Positions 21,066 through 29,993 of a stretch of 64,000 bases of DNA are shown here, in pieces (the stretch's first letter is position 1; each line of letters starts with the position of its first letter). A program made the position numbers and the translations under genes. The notes below the pieces were generated by a model. That model worked only from the letters and a program-made list of their open reading frames with translations. It had not been told where the DNA came from and made no database searches. The stretch lies in contig JAUWOR010000003.1 in NCBI GenBank assembly GCA_030612025.1, positions 32,001-96,000 of the forward strand, read 5' to 3'. The stretch comes from Dehalococcoidia bacterium. GTDB taxonomy: Bacteria > Chloroflexota > Dehalococcoidia > GIF9 > AB-539-J10.

Positions 21066-21764
21066 AAAGTAGGAGCTATCATAGTTGCCGCTGGTAGCGG
21101 TGAGCGGATAGATAACATAGATAAAATCTTTGTCCCCCTCGGGGGCAAACCTCTACTAGCCTGGTCAGTGGATACTTGCCAGCGATGTGACTTAGTTCAA
21201 CAAATAGTCATCACTTTGAATAATAATAACTTTGAGTTGGGTCAAAAGTTAATGAAAGAAAGAGCTTGGTCTAAGGCTACTATATGCCTCGGTGGTCTGC
21301 GGCGACAAGATTCAGTGAAGGAAGGACTACGCAAGCTGAAGGACTGTGATTGGGTTATAATTCATGATGGAGCCCGCCCTTTTTTGACCTTGGATTTAAT
21401 TCAGAATGGCTTGAAGGCAGCTATGGAAACTGGGGCTGCTATAGCTGCAGTACCTGTTAAAGACACTATAAAGGTTGCCAATAGCAATGGGGCGATTAGA
21501 AAAACACTTCAGCGTGACGAATTATGGGCAGCACAAACTCCGCAGATATTCCGCTTTGGCATGATAACCGAAGCCTACCAGAAGGTTACAAATGAGGTTA
21601 CCGATGATGCCACTATGGTAGAGCGCTTAGGATACAAAGTGAAACTTTACCTGGGCGCTTATAATAATATAAAAGTAACTACACCTGAGGATTTGGCACT
21701 GGCGGAGATCATTGCTCAAAATATCTCAACCTTGCCCCTGCCAATATTAAAAAGCAGAATCTAA
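21036..21764 (+). CDS. ispD: 2-C-methyl-D-erythritol 4-phosphate cytidylyltransferase
   Basis: AAGSGER, RQDSV, IHDGARP, QTPQ and NIKVTTPED motifs. Confidence 0.96.
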   Translation: MSLRAQRSNLKVGAIIVAAGSGERIDNIDKIFVPLGGKPLLAWSVDTCQRCDLVQQIVITLNNNNFELGQKLMKERAWSKATICLGGLRRQDSVKEGLRKLKDCDWVIIHDGARPFLTLDLIQNGLKAAMETGAAIAAVPVKDTIKVANSNGAIRKTLQRDELWAAQTPQIFRFGMITEAYQKVTNEVTDDATMVERLGYKVKLYLGAYNNIKVTTPEDLALAEIIAQNISTLPLPILKSRI

Positions 21765-21917
21765 CAAAATAGCTGAATGTTTAAAGAGTGATAACCCTTG
21801 ACATGACAGCTTAGCTACCACTAATATCCTTTAGTGAGCAGTATCAATTTTGCAACTAGCGCTAAACCAAAATCAAGTTTCCTCGTTATCTATATCGACA
21901 GGCTAAAATAAGGAGGG

Positions 21918-22361
21918 ATGGAAATGAAATCAAAGCTAACCTTAGTATTTATTATTACTGCCATCTCAACATTGCTGTTTGCTTGCTCCCCAGTCTCAAA
22001 GCAAGTATCTGTAGAGGCTTCCTGTGATGACTTTATCAAGCTCCCCCCTGAGGAACGTGCTATTAGCAAAGAAATCGAAGTTCCTGTTGATAGCTCATTT
22101 ACAGTAACTTTGTGCTCTAACCCGACAACAGGCTTTAAGTGGGAGTCGGCACAAATTAGTGACCAAGCTGTGTTACAGCTGGTAGACCACAAATTCGTGC
22201 CTCCTGAAAAAACTGGTGTTGAGGGAGCTCCTGGTCAGGAAGTATGGACATTCAAGGTGCTAGAGAAAGGCACAAGCGTTATATCTATGGAATATAGCCG
22301 CCCTTGGGAAGGTGGTGAGAAGGGAGCTTGGACATTCAACCTAACCGTAGTTGTTAAATAG
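21918..22361 (+). CDS. Lipoprotein, chagasin-like (I42) cysteine protease inhibitor family
   Basis: Lipobox LFAC; NPTTGFKW, GAPG and RPWE motifs. Confidence 0.88.
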   Translation: MEMKSKLTLVFIITAISTLLFACSPVSKQVSVEASCDDFIKLPPEERAISKEIEVPVDSSFTVTLCSNPTTGFKWESAQISDQAVLQLVDHKFVPPEKTGVEGAPGQEVWTFKVLEKGTSVISMEYSRPWEGGEKGAWTFNLTVVVK

Positions 22362-22556
22362 AGTACCACAGAGATAACAGCACGTATCGCCTACCCACAA
22401 GGTAACAGAAGCTTTGACTTGTTCAATATGCTTAGCGAGTGGGAAAACCGAGAAGCTATCTTACAAAGTTTAGGTGTATACTAATAATGACTTTGGGGGA
22501 TATAGGTGGCTTTCTGCACAGACATAGCATGTTTTGAGCATAGCGAAGGGTCTCGA

Positions 22557-23054
22557 ATGGAAAGAGAGTTAAGAGTTGGCATTGGCTATGATAGCCACCC
22601 TTTAGCTCCAGGGCGCAAGCTAGTTTTGGGAGGTATTGATATTCCCTATGATAAAGGGTTGCTGGGGTGGAGCGATGCTGACGTGGCAACTCATGCCATA
22701 ATAGACGCTTTATGTGGCGCCGCTGACCTTGGTGATATCGGCACTCAATTTCCCCCCGAGGAGCCAGAACACGAAGGCGTCTCCAGTTTAACTTTACTGA
22801 ATAGAATTCATGAACTAGTTAAAGCAAAAGGCTTCAGCGTAGCTAATATTGACACTACTATTATTGCCCAGCGTCCTAGACTTACACCTTTTATCCCTGA
22901 GATGCGAAAACGCATTAGCCAAGCTTTGGGTATTGAACCACCCCGGGTGACAATCAAGGCCACCACCACCGATGGTTTAGGCTTTATCGGCCGGGAAGAG
23001 GGAATAGCTGCTCAATCTGTAGCTTTAATTCAGAAGGAAAGCTCAGAAAACTAG
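22557..23054 (+). CDS. ispF: MECDP synthase
   Basis: RVGIGYDSH, SDADV, GDIG..FP and KATT motifs; ATG at 22557 preferred. Confidence 0.95.
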   Translation: MERELRVGIGYDSHPLAPGRKLVLGGIDIPYDKGLLGWSDADVATHAIIDALCGAADLGDIGTQFPPEEPEHEGVSSLTLLNRIHELVKAKGFSVANIDTTIIAQRPRLTPFIPEMRKRISQALGIEPPRVTIKATTTDGLGFIGREEGIAAQSVALIQKESSEN

Positions 23055-23323
23055 GTTACCACCATGTCATAACTTGGTTTATTTTCTTTCCAGTAGATTA
23101 CAAATTTAACTGTTTTTCCCTGCATTAAGTGCTTTTCGCTTTCCCGACGGAGTTTTCTAAAATCCATCGATTCCAGAAAGGCCTTAAGAAGCTCGATTCT
23201 CTGTTGTAGTTCTTTATCTTCTTGCTCATCTTCCATAAACTTGTTTACCGAACTCCAGTATTCCTCTTTGGCTACAGTTTCTATGCAATGGGAAAGGCTG
23301 GGGAAAAGCTCTACACAAACCAT
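23051..23323 (-). CDS. Hypothetical protein
   Basis: 90-aa ORF, protein-like composition, upstream GGTGGTGA. Confidence 0.7.
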   Translation of the reverse strand: MVCVELFPSLSHCIETVAKEEYWSSVNKFMEDEQEDKELQQRIELLKAFLESMDFRKLRRESEKHLMQGKTVKFVIYWKENKPSYDMVVT

Positions 23324-23362
23324 ATCCTAATTTGTATCACCACCTGAGAATATTTTCAAAAT

Positions 23363-23414
23363 TTGACAATTTTGAGCCTGGTTGTTAGACTTATTATTGA
23401 CATATGTTCATAAT
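23363..23414 (+). promoter_or_regulatory. Sigma70-type promoter plus palindromic operator of the DUF134 operon
   Basis: TTGACA (23363)-17 bp-TAGACT with a TGn extension, then the imperfect palindrome ATTATTGACATATGTTCATAAT (23393-23414). Confidence 0.7.
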
Positions 23415-23440
23415 TACTAGCGAAAATGAGGTGATTTTCG

Positions 23441-23914
23441 ATGTCTAGACCAGTGAAGTTGCGATATGTTGCTCAGCTACCGAGCACGGGCTTCTTTAGA
23501 CCGATGGGGATTCCTGGGGCTAGTTTACAAGAGGTTCGTCTTTCGCTTGAGGAAGCTGAATCTATCCGCCTCAAGGATTTAGAGGGATTGGAGCAGGAGG
23601 AATGTGCTGAAAGCATGCATATTTCCAGACCGACTTTCCATCGCATACTGGAGTTAGCTCGAAGAAAACTGGCCGATGCCTTAACCAATGGCAAAGCAAT
23701 TCAAATCGAAGGGGGTAACTTTGGATTGCCTCAAAGCCGCTTTAAGTGTAACAACGACGGACACGAATGGAATGTGCCCTTTGAGACTCTAGCGCGCCGG
23801 CTTCCCTTATCTTGCCCGGCGTGCTCCAGCGCGAATATCCAGCCCATGCCTTTACCCCCATTTGGTTGGGGCAGAGGGCGTGGCAGGGGATTTCGCCGTG
23901 GCAGATGGCGCTAA
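23441..23914 (+). CDS. DUF134 (UPF0251) HTH protein with Zn-ribbon-like part and Gly/Arg tail
   Basis: MSRP, EEAESIRLKD, QEECA..M.ISRPTF, ARRKLADAL.GKAI.IEGG; tail GWGRGRGRGFRRGRWR. Confidence 0.9.
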   Translation: MSRPVKLRYVAQLPSTGFFRPMGIPGASLQEVRLSLEEAESIRLKDLEGLEQEECAESMHISRPTFHRILELARRKLADALTNGKAIQIEGGNFGLPQSRFKCNNDGHEWNVPFETLARRLPLSCPACSSANIQPMPLPPFGWGRGRGRGFRRGRWR

Positions 23915-23943
23915 GAAAATAAAAGGAAAGGAGGTGAAAGAAG

Positions 23944-24105
23944 ATGCCATTTGGAAGAGGTTGGTTTGGCTGGGGAGGTGGTTGGGGTAGAGGATTTGGC
24001 AGGGGTTGGCTTGGGTATGGCATGCCCTACGGTTATCCTTATGGAGGATATGGGTCAGGTTACCCCTACTATGGTTACGGTGCAGCACCGCCCTATGGCT
24101 ACTAG
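23944..24105 (+). CDS. 53-aa Gly/Tyr/Trp low-complexity protein (not in ORF track)
   Basis: AAGGAGGTGA SD; MPFGRGWFGWGGGWGRGFGRGWLGYGMPYGYPYGGYGSGYPYYGYGAAPPYGY*; shares GMPYGYPY with its neighbours. Confidence 0.8.
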   Translation: MPFGRGWFGWGGGWGRGFGRGWLGYGMPYGYPYGGYGSGYPYYGYGAAPPYGY

Positions 24106-24130
24106 CCATGGTAAGAGTGTATAGCAAAGT

Positions 24131-24309
24131 GAGGGTGTTTAAAAATGTAGTGCGCGGCTTTAGCCCTGTGTAGTAGCGAAGATTACTACACGGGGTAGCC
24201 TCGGGCACGACCCTAAAGGGTCGCACTACGAGGATCTTGGGGGTGAATGGCTATTAAAACTGGGTGAGGCAAATCTAGTTTTGAATCTGAGGCAAAATTA
24301 AACGGCCTC
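24131..24309 (+). mobile_element. MITE-like element with internal GTAG-REP pair (subtype 1)
   Basis: gagggtgtttaa...ttaaacggcctc terminal inverted repeats; copy of 6227-6403. Confidence 0.8.
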
Positions 24310-24333
24310 AAAGTAGAAAAGAGGTGATTGAGA

Positions 24334-24597
24334 ATGCCGTTTGGAGATGGAACTGGACCAATGGGACTGGGGCCAATGACGGGAAGAGCAGCAGGTTTCT
24401 GCGCTGGCTTTGCTAGATCTGGATTTACCAACCCTATTCCGGGGAGGCGGTTTGGCTTTGGTTGGGGGATGCCTTACGGGTATCCCTATGCTGGCGGGCA
24501 TGGAGGAGCCACTCCTTATATGGGATATGGCTATCCCTACTATGGCAGGGGCTATATTCCGTCCTACGGATACCCTTATGGATACCCACCACGCTGA
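24334..24597 (+). CDS. DUF5320-like Gly/Tyr/Pro-rich protein (no C-terminal coil)
   Basis: MPFGDGTGPMGLGPMTGRAAGFC N-terminal motif; YGYPY repeats. Confidence 0.85.
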   Translation: MPFGDGTGPMGLGPMTGRAAGFCAGFARSGFTNPIPGRRFGFGWGMPYGYPYAGGHGGATPYMGYGYPYYGRGYIPSYGYPYGYPPR

Positions 24598-24644
24598 GCT
24601 AATTAACCTGGAAGAATAAGAAATTTTTTAAAGGAGGTGATAAA

Positions 24645-24842
24645 ATGTGGCCTTGGTTTGGATGGAATCCCTCGGGATATGGAATGCCTTATGGATATCC
24701 CTATGGAGGATATGGTTATGGTTATTCGCCTTGGGGAGCTATGCCTAAGGAAGAAGAGCTAAGAATGCTTGAAGAGCAAGAAAAATGGTTGACAAGCGAA
24801 TTGGACGGAGTGAGGAAGAGGCTGGAGGAGCTTCGCAAATAA
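24645..24842 (+). CDS. Small Gly/Tyr/Trp-rich protein with C-terminal coiled coil
   Basis: AAGGAGGTGA SD; GMPYGYPYGG plus EELRMLEEQEKWLTSELDGVRKRLEEL. Confidence 0.85.
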   Translation: MWPWFGWNPSGYGMPYGYPYGGYGYGYSPWGAMPKEEELRMLEEQEKWLTSELDGVRKRLEELRK

Positions 24843-24890
24843 AGAAAAGGGACTGGTGTATAATATCTAAATTAGGAAAGGAGGTGAACT

Positions 24891-25325
24891 ATGCCAGGAT
24901 TTGATGGAACAGGACCCCGTGGGATGGGTCCAATGACAGGAGGAGGAAGGGGCTTTTGCAGTCCTTGGGGTATAGGGCGAGGATATGGCTTTGGAAGAGG
25001 GTATGGGTTTGGACGAGGATACGGGTTTAGAATGGGGATGCCTTATCCTATGGCTGGTCAATGGTCAGGGGCGCCAGCTCCAGGAGCTTATGGTAGCCCC
25101 GCGGCTATGCCCTATGGATATCCTTATGGAGGTAACCCCTATGCCGGAGGTATGCCATATGGTGGCTACAGTGGAGCACCTATGGGAACAGCATCAGGAG
25201 CAGACCCTTACGCTCCACAGATGACTCGAGAGCAGGAGCTTGATTTCCTGAGAAACCAAGCTGAAGGGATAAAAGGGCAACTGGAGCAAATTGATGCTAG
25301 AATAAAAGAGCTAGAGATAGAGTAA
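24891..25325 (+). CDS. DUF5320-family protein (Gly/Tyr low-complexity region plus coiled coil)
   Basis: MPGFDGTGPRGMGPMTGGGRGFC, (GRGYGF)x3, EQELDFLRNQAEGIKGQLEQIDARIKELE. Confidence 0.9.
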   Translation: MPGFDGTGPRGMGPMTGGGRGFCSPWGIGRGYGFGRGYGFGRGYGFRMGMPYPMAGQWSGAPAPGAYGSPAAMPYGYPYGGNPYAGGMPYGGYSGAPMGTASGADPYAPQMTREQELDFLRNQAEGIKGQLEQIDARIKELEIE

Positions 25326-25343
25326 GCAAAAAGGAGGTGCATC

Positions 25344-25919
25344 GTGAAAATCGCCATTTCAGCGACTGGCCCTAGCTTAGATGCTGAGGTAGACCCTCGC
25401 TTTGGTCGTTGCCAATACTTTATCATTGTTGACCCACAAACCATGCAGTATGAGGCCTTGGAGAATCCTAATATTCAAGCTGCAGGTGGTGCCGGTATTA
25501 GCACAGCTCAGATGATTGCCAACAAAGGAGTGGAAGTAGTTCTTACTGGCAATTGTGGGCCAAATGCTTACCAGACATTATCCGCCGCAGGTCTTCAGGT
25601 GATCAGCGGCGTGGCCGGTAGGATAAGAGACGCTGTTGAAGCCTACAAAGCAGGCAGCCTTCAACCAAGTGCCCAGCCTAGTGTAAGTGCTCACTACGGC
25701 ATGGGAATGGGCATGGGCCGTGGTATGGGTATGGGCAGAGGTATGGGAATGGGCCGTGGCATGGGTATGGGTACGGGGATGACACCTATGGCAGGGCCAG
25801 CACCTCAAGCGATGAGCCCGGAGCAGGAAGTAGAAATGCTTAAAAATCAAGCACAGACGCTAGGACAGCAATTAAGCGAGATCCAGCGCCGCCTTGAGGA
25901 GCTAGGGAAAGGGAAGTAA
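25344..25919 (+). CDS. NifB/NifX-family protein with Gly/Met/Arg repeat and coiled-coil tail (IssA-like architecture)
   Basis: MKIAIS, DPRFGRC, GGAGI and GNCGPNA motifs; (GMGRGM)n; EQEVEMLKNQAQTLGQQLSEIQRRLEEL. Confidence 0.9.
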   Translation: MKIAISATGPSLDAEVDPRFGRCQYFIIVDPQTMQYEALENPNIQAAGGAGISTAQMIANKGVEVVLTGNCGPNAYQTLSAAGLQVISGVAGRIRDAVEAYKAGSLQPSAQPSVSAHYGMGMGMGRGMGMGRGMGMGRGMGMGTGMTPMAGPAPQAMSPEQEVEMLKNQAQTLGQQLSEIQRRLEELGKGK

Positions 25920-25929
25920 GGAGTATACT

Positions 25930-26154
25930 GTGCCCATCTATGAGTATCAATGCACCCAGTGCGGACAAAAATTTGAGGTTCGTCAAGACCTTGGTGAGGG
26001 GGGCTCTAATTTGAACTGTCCTAAATGCCATGCCCCAAATCCTACAAGGCTCTTTTCCTCATTCTTCAGCCCCGGCTCCAGCGCACTCAAGCCTTCAGGA
26101 ATAAGTTGTCCCACTTGCAGCTCTGGAGTCTGCGGACTCCCGCCAATGGAGTAA
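25930..26154 (+). CDS. FmdB-type zinc-ribbon protein
   Basis: MPIYEYQCTQCG..FE, CPKC, C-terminal CPTC..G.C. Confidence 0.88.
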   Translation: MPIYEYQCTQCGQKFEVRQDLGEGGSNLNCPKCHAPNPTRLFSSFFSPGSSALKPSGISCPTCSSGVCGLPPME

Positions 26155-26184
26155 GACAAAAACGATTCTTAGTGGAGGTGATTT

Positions 26185-26415
26185 ATGCCTAGAGGAGATG
26201 GCACAGGTCCTTTTGGTCAAGGAGCGGGAACAGGTAGAGGATTGGGGCGTGGCATGGGCAAAGGGATGGGTAGAATGGGAGGAAGTCGTCCTGGGGCAGG
26301 CCCAAGTGGAAGCTGTCTTTGCCCCAGTTGTGGGACGAGGGTTCCCCACGAGGCAGGCGTTCCCTGCTATAACTTAAGTTGCCCCAAGTGTGGCGCAAAG
26401 ATGATTAGAGAATGA
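26185..26415 (+). CDS. Gly-rich DUF5320-like N-terminus fused to Cys-rich ribbon
   Basis: MPRGDGTGP...GRG.G; CLCPSCG..PH..G.PC...CPKCG..M.R. Confidence 0.85.
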   Translation: MPRGDGTGPFGQGAGTGRGLGRGMGKGMGRMGGSRPGAGPSGSCLCPSCGTRVPHEAGVPCYNLSCPKCGAKMIRE

Positions 26416-27272
26416 TAATTTCTGTTGCCAGTGGCAAAGGCGGCACAGGAAAGACACTGGTGGCTACCAGCTTAGCTCTTTCCCTTAAGGGTAGGAGTAA
26501 GGTGCAGCTACTAGATTGTGATGTAGAGGAACCCAATGTCCATATTTTTCTCCGCTCAACTACGAACCAAAGCCAACCTGTGTTCCTCCCCATCCCCAAA
26601 GTAGATGAGACAAAATGCACCTATTGTGGCAAATGCGCTGAGGTATGCGCCTATAACGCCATTGCGGTAGTCAAGCAAAAGGTACTTGTTTTCCCTGAGC
26701 TATGTCATGGCTGTGGAGCGTGCTCTTATCTATGCCCCGAGTCTGCTATTACCGAAGAAGGGAGAGAAATAGGAGTAGTGGAAACAGGCAGCTTAGGAAA
26801 TATGGAGTTTATTCAAGGGAGACTCACCATTGGCGAACCAATGGCTCCGCCTATAATTAGAGAAGTGAAGAAGCACATTGACCCTACCAAAGAGGTCATC
26901 ATTGATGTCTCTCCAGGAACCTCATGTCCGGTAATAGAAGCAGTTAAGGACAGTGATTTCTGTCTCCTTGTGACTGAGCCCACACCTTTTGGCTTGAATG
27001 ACCTTTCACTGGCAGTGGAAGTAACGAGAAAATTGGGCATTTCATGCGGAGTAGTAATCAATCGTGTTGGGGTTGGGGATGAGAAGGTCGAGAGCTACTG
27101 CTATGAGCAAGGAATACCCGTCTTGCTGAAAATTCCTTTAGATAGAAAAATTGCCACACTCTACTCCAAAGGAATTTGCTTGATAGAGGGGATACCTAGG
27201 TGGCGCAAGGCCTTCCTCAGGCTTTTTCAAGACATCAAAGAAATAGTCACAGCTAGTCAGGTAACGAAATGA
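26412..27272 (+). CDS. MinD-superfamily P-loop ATPase with inserted ferredoxin domain
   Basis: SGKGGTGKT, DCDVEEPN, two CxxCxxCxxxC, VTEPTPFG. Confidence 0.92.
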   Translation: MIISVASGKGGTGKTLVATSLALSLKGRSKVQLLDCDVEEPNVHIFLRSTTNQSQPVFLPIPKVDETKCTYCGKCAEVCAYNAIAVVKQKVLVFPELCHGCGACSYLCPESAITEEGREIGVVETGSLGNMEFIQGRLTIGEPMAPPIIREVKKHIDPTKEVIIDVSPGTSCPVIEAVKDSDFCLLVTEPTPFGLNDLSLAVEVTRKLGISCGVVINRVGVGDEKVESYCYEQGIPVLLKIPLDRKIATLYSKGICLIEGIPRWRKAFLRLFQDIKEIVTASQVTK

Positions 27273-27469
27273 CATGTTGGCAGGAAGTCGCCATAGACGG
27301 TGAAACACTCGTCAAAAGGATAACAGATATGTATGAAGAGCTTGGTTTCGAAGTTCGCCTTGAAGAACTTAAACCAGAGGAAGTGGAGCAATGCACTAAG
27401 TGCTACTAGGAAAGAGGTGAGAGAATTTACCGAGTCTATATACGACGCAAGCGAGAGGATAATAGCTAG
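27269..27469 (+). pseudogene. 66-codon small CxxC protein gene interrupted by an in-frame TAG
   Basis: MTCWQEVAIDGETLVKRITDMYEELGFEVRLEELKPEEVEQCTKCY*ERGERIYRVYIRRKREDNS*; coupled to both neighbours; TAG at 27407. Confidence 0.65.
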
Positions 27470-28327
27470 ATGAAAGAAGTAGTGGTTCTCAGCGGTAAAG
27501 GAGGGACGGGAAAGACAAGTATAGCAGCTTCCTTCGCTGCTTTAGCTCAAAGCAAGGTATTGGTTGATTGTGATGTGGATGCTGCTGACCTTCACCTTCT
27601 CCTCGAGCCACAAATTAAAGAGGAAAACGAGTTCTGGAGCGGGCAAGTTGCCTTTATTGGTAAAGAAAAATGCACTGAATGTGGACTTTGCCAGGAAGTG
27701 TGCCGCTTTGGAGCGATAAAAGATTACGTAGTTGATGAGATTTCCTGTGAAGGTTGTGAGCTATGTTCTCAAATTTGCCCTGTTGATGCTATCACCATGA
27801 GACCTTGCATGGCTGGGCATTGGTTTATTTCTGACACACGCTATGGTGCTCTCGTCCACGCCAGGTTAGGAATTGCTGAGGAAAACTCCGGTAAGTTAGT
27901 GACTTTAGTTCGGAACAATGCTAGACTCATAGCTGAGAAAGGAGAGCTCGATTATATCATCAGCGATGGTCCACCGGGCATTGGCTGTCCAGTCATTGCT
28001 TCTCTATCCGGAGCAAATTTAGCTCTTTTAGTAACCGAGCCAACATTATCAGGAATCCACGACCTTGAACGTGTAATTGGCGTCTGCCGCCACTTCGGCA
28101 TTCCTGCCCTGATTTGCATAAATAAATATGACATTAACGAAGAGAATTCCTGCCGCATTGAAAATTACTGTCATAAAGAAGGGATAGAGGTAGCTTCAAA
28201 GATTCCCTTCGATAATGTAGTAACCGAGGCAATTGTCCGCGGGATGCCCGTAGTGGAATATTCCAAAGGCAAGATTACTCAGGAGATAGGGTCACTATGG
28301 CAGCGCCTCACACGGACACTGAAGTAA
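27470..28327 (+). CDS. Second MinD-superfamily ATPase with inserted ferredoxin domain
   Basis: SGKGGTGKT, DCDVDAADL, two 4Fe-4S motifs, DGPPGIGC. Confidence 0.92.
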   Translation: MKEVVVLSGKGGTGKTSIAASFAALAQSKVLVDCDVDAADLHLLLEPQIKEENEFWSGQVAFIGKEKCTECGLCQEVCRFGAIKDYVVDEISCEGCELCSQICPVDAITMRPCMAGHWFISDTRYGALVHARLGIAEENSGKLVTLVRNNARLIAEKGELDYIISDGPPGIGCPVIASLSGANLALLVTEPTLSGIHDLERVIGVCRHFGIPALICINKYDINEENSCRIENYCHKEGIEVASKIPFDNVVTEAIVRGMPVVEYSKGKITQEIGSLWQRLTRTLK

Positions 28328-28347
28328 CGAAATGTTAAGGAGGTAAA

Positions 28348-29694
28348 ATGAAAAAGTCTGATGTAGTAGTTATTGGAGGCAGCGCTGGGGGAATACCAGC
28401 AGCGATAAGTTGCCGCAGGCGGTACCCAGAAAAGAGCGTGCTTTTAATTCGCAAAGAGGAGCAAGTATTAATCCCCTGTGGCTTGCCGTATATTTTTGGA
28501 ACTGTAGGTAGTCCTGAGAAAAACCTGATTCCTGATGCAATGCTTAAGAACAATGGCATCGAGCTTATTATTGGCGAAGTAGAGGAAATAGATAGGGATA
28601 AGAAGGTGGTTTCCATAGCTGACTGTTTCCCCATCAGCTATGATAAGCTTGTTTTGGCTACTGGTTCCTCGCCTGTGATTTTGCCTCTCCCTGGTGTAGA
28701 CAAGGAGAACGTCTTTTCCGCAATAAAGGATGTTGCCTATTTGAATAACATGTTAGATAAGGTCAATCAAGCTAAGGATATTATAATAATTGGCGGTGGC
28801 TTTATTGGTGTAGAATTCGCTGACGAGTGCAAGAAAAACCGCGATAATAGCGTCACCATTATAGAGATACTCCCCCATTGCTTACAGCTAGCCCTCGATG
28901 AAGAATTCTGCATTGAGGCTGAGAGGGGGCTTGCAGAGAGGGGGATCAAACTTCTCACTAATAAAAGAGTGGAGGCTATCCTTGGTAATAAGCAGGTTAG
29001 CGCTGTCAGATTAGCTGACGGTCAGGAGCGAAAGGCTGACATGGTTATCATGGGGGTAGGGGCAAGACCAAATACCGAATTGGCTGAAAAGGCTGGACTT
29101 CAAATAGGCCCAACGAGAGCCATTGCCGTTGACCGATTTATGCGTACTATTACCGACCCAAATATATTTGCTTGTGGTGACTGCGCTGAAAAATATGCCT
29201 ACCTTAGCGGTAAGCCGAGCCGTATCATGCTTGCCTCTATTGCCGGAGCCGAGGGGCGCATAGTCGGAGCTAATCTCTTTGATACCCGTTATCGCAATTG
29301 TGGTGAAATTGGCGTCTTCTCTACCATTATTGGTGAACAGGCATTTGGCTGTGCTGGTTTAATCGAGGGAATGGCAAGGCAGGAAGGCTACGATGTAGTA
29401 ACTGGCGAAGCAACAGCACCCGATAGACACCCGGGCCTCATGCCAGGAGCGACTTCCACAAAAGTAAAGCTGATATTTTCCAAGGATAATGGCTTACTCC
29501 TTGGTGGTGAAGTCTCAGGTGGCAGGGGTACAGGTGAGTTAACCAATATCATTAGTGCCTGCATTCAGAATGACATGACTGCTTACGAGGTTTCTCTGTT
29601 TCAAATGGGTACCCACCCTGCTCTAACCGCATCGCCAATGGTCTATCAATTGGTGAACGCTGCAGAGCTTGGGGTCAAGGCGATAGCAAAATAA
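28348..29694 (+). CDS. FAD-dependent oxidoreductase, CoA-disulfide reductase/NADH oxidase family
   Basis: VVIGGSAGG, single redox Cys PCGLPY, ATGS, GGGFIG, GDC. Confidence 0.88.
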   Translation: MKKSDVVVIGGSAGGIPAAISCRRRYPEKSVLLIRKEEQVLIPCGLPYIFGTVGSPEKNLIPDAMLKNNGIELIIGEVEEIDRDKKVVSIADCFPISYDKLVLATGSSPVILPLPGVDKENVFSAIKDVAYLNNMLDKVNQAKDIIIIGGGFIGVEFADECKKNRDNSVTIIEILPHCLQLALDEEFCIEAERGLAERGIKLLTNKRVEAILGNKQVSAVRLADGQERKADMVIMGVGARPNTELAEKAGLQIGPTRAIAVDRFMRTITDPNIFACGDCAEKYAYLSGKPSRIMLASIAGAEGRIVGANLFDTRYRNCGEIGVFSTIIGEQAFGCAGLIEGMARQEGYDVVTGEATAPDRHPGLMPGATSTKVKLIFSKDNGLLLGGEVSGGRGTGELTNIISACIQNDMTAYEVSLFQMGTHPALTASPMVYQLVNAAELGVKAIAK

Positions 29695-29716
29695 TACCCA
29701 ATGAAGGAGAAAAGCA

Positions 29717-29956
29717 ATGCCAATTTATGAATATAAATGCTTGGACTGTGGAGAAACCTCAGAAGTATTCCTTCGCAGTCCTGATAGCGAAAGTGTTAAA
29801 TGCCCGGTCTGCGGCAGTAAGAACCTGGAGAGACTTTTGTCAGCTTCCTACGCTATAAGGATGAGTAGCTCTACACCAGGTAGAACTTGCTGCGGCAGAG
29901 CGGAGCGCTGTGAGACGCCTCCTTGCTCCACTGAGGGGGTTTGCCGTAGAGATTAA
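29717..29956 (+). CDS. FmdB-type zinc-ribbon protein
   Basis: MPIYEYKCLDCG, CPVCGS, Cys-rich tail TCCG...C..PPC. Confidence 0.88.
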   Translation: MPIYEYKCLDCGETSEVFLRSPDSESVKCPVCGSKNLERLLSASYAIRMSSSTPGRTCCGRAERCETPPCSTEGVCRRD

Positions 29957-29993
29957 GTGGAGAGTAGCTACAGCGCCAAAGGAGGACAAAAAG

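Noticed and set aside
23944-25325. Gly/Tyr-rich small ORFs as RiPP precursors or bacteriocins
   Set aside because: No leader peptide, adjacent maturase or exporter; DUF5320-like motifs and coiled coils point to structural proteins.
25698-25781. GMGRGM tract as a DNA-level VNTR or phase-variation locus
   Set aside because: Gly and Arg codons vary between units, so the repeat is conserved at the protein level rather than being a slippage tract.
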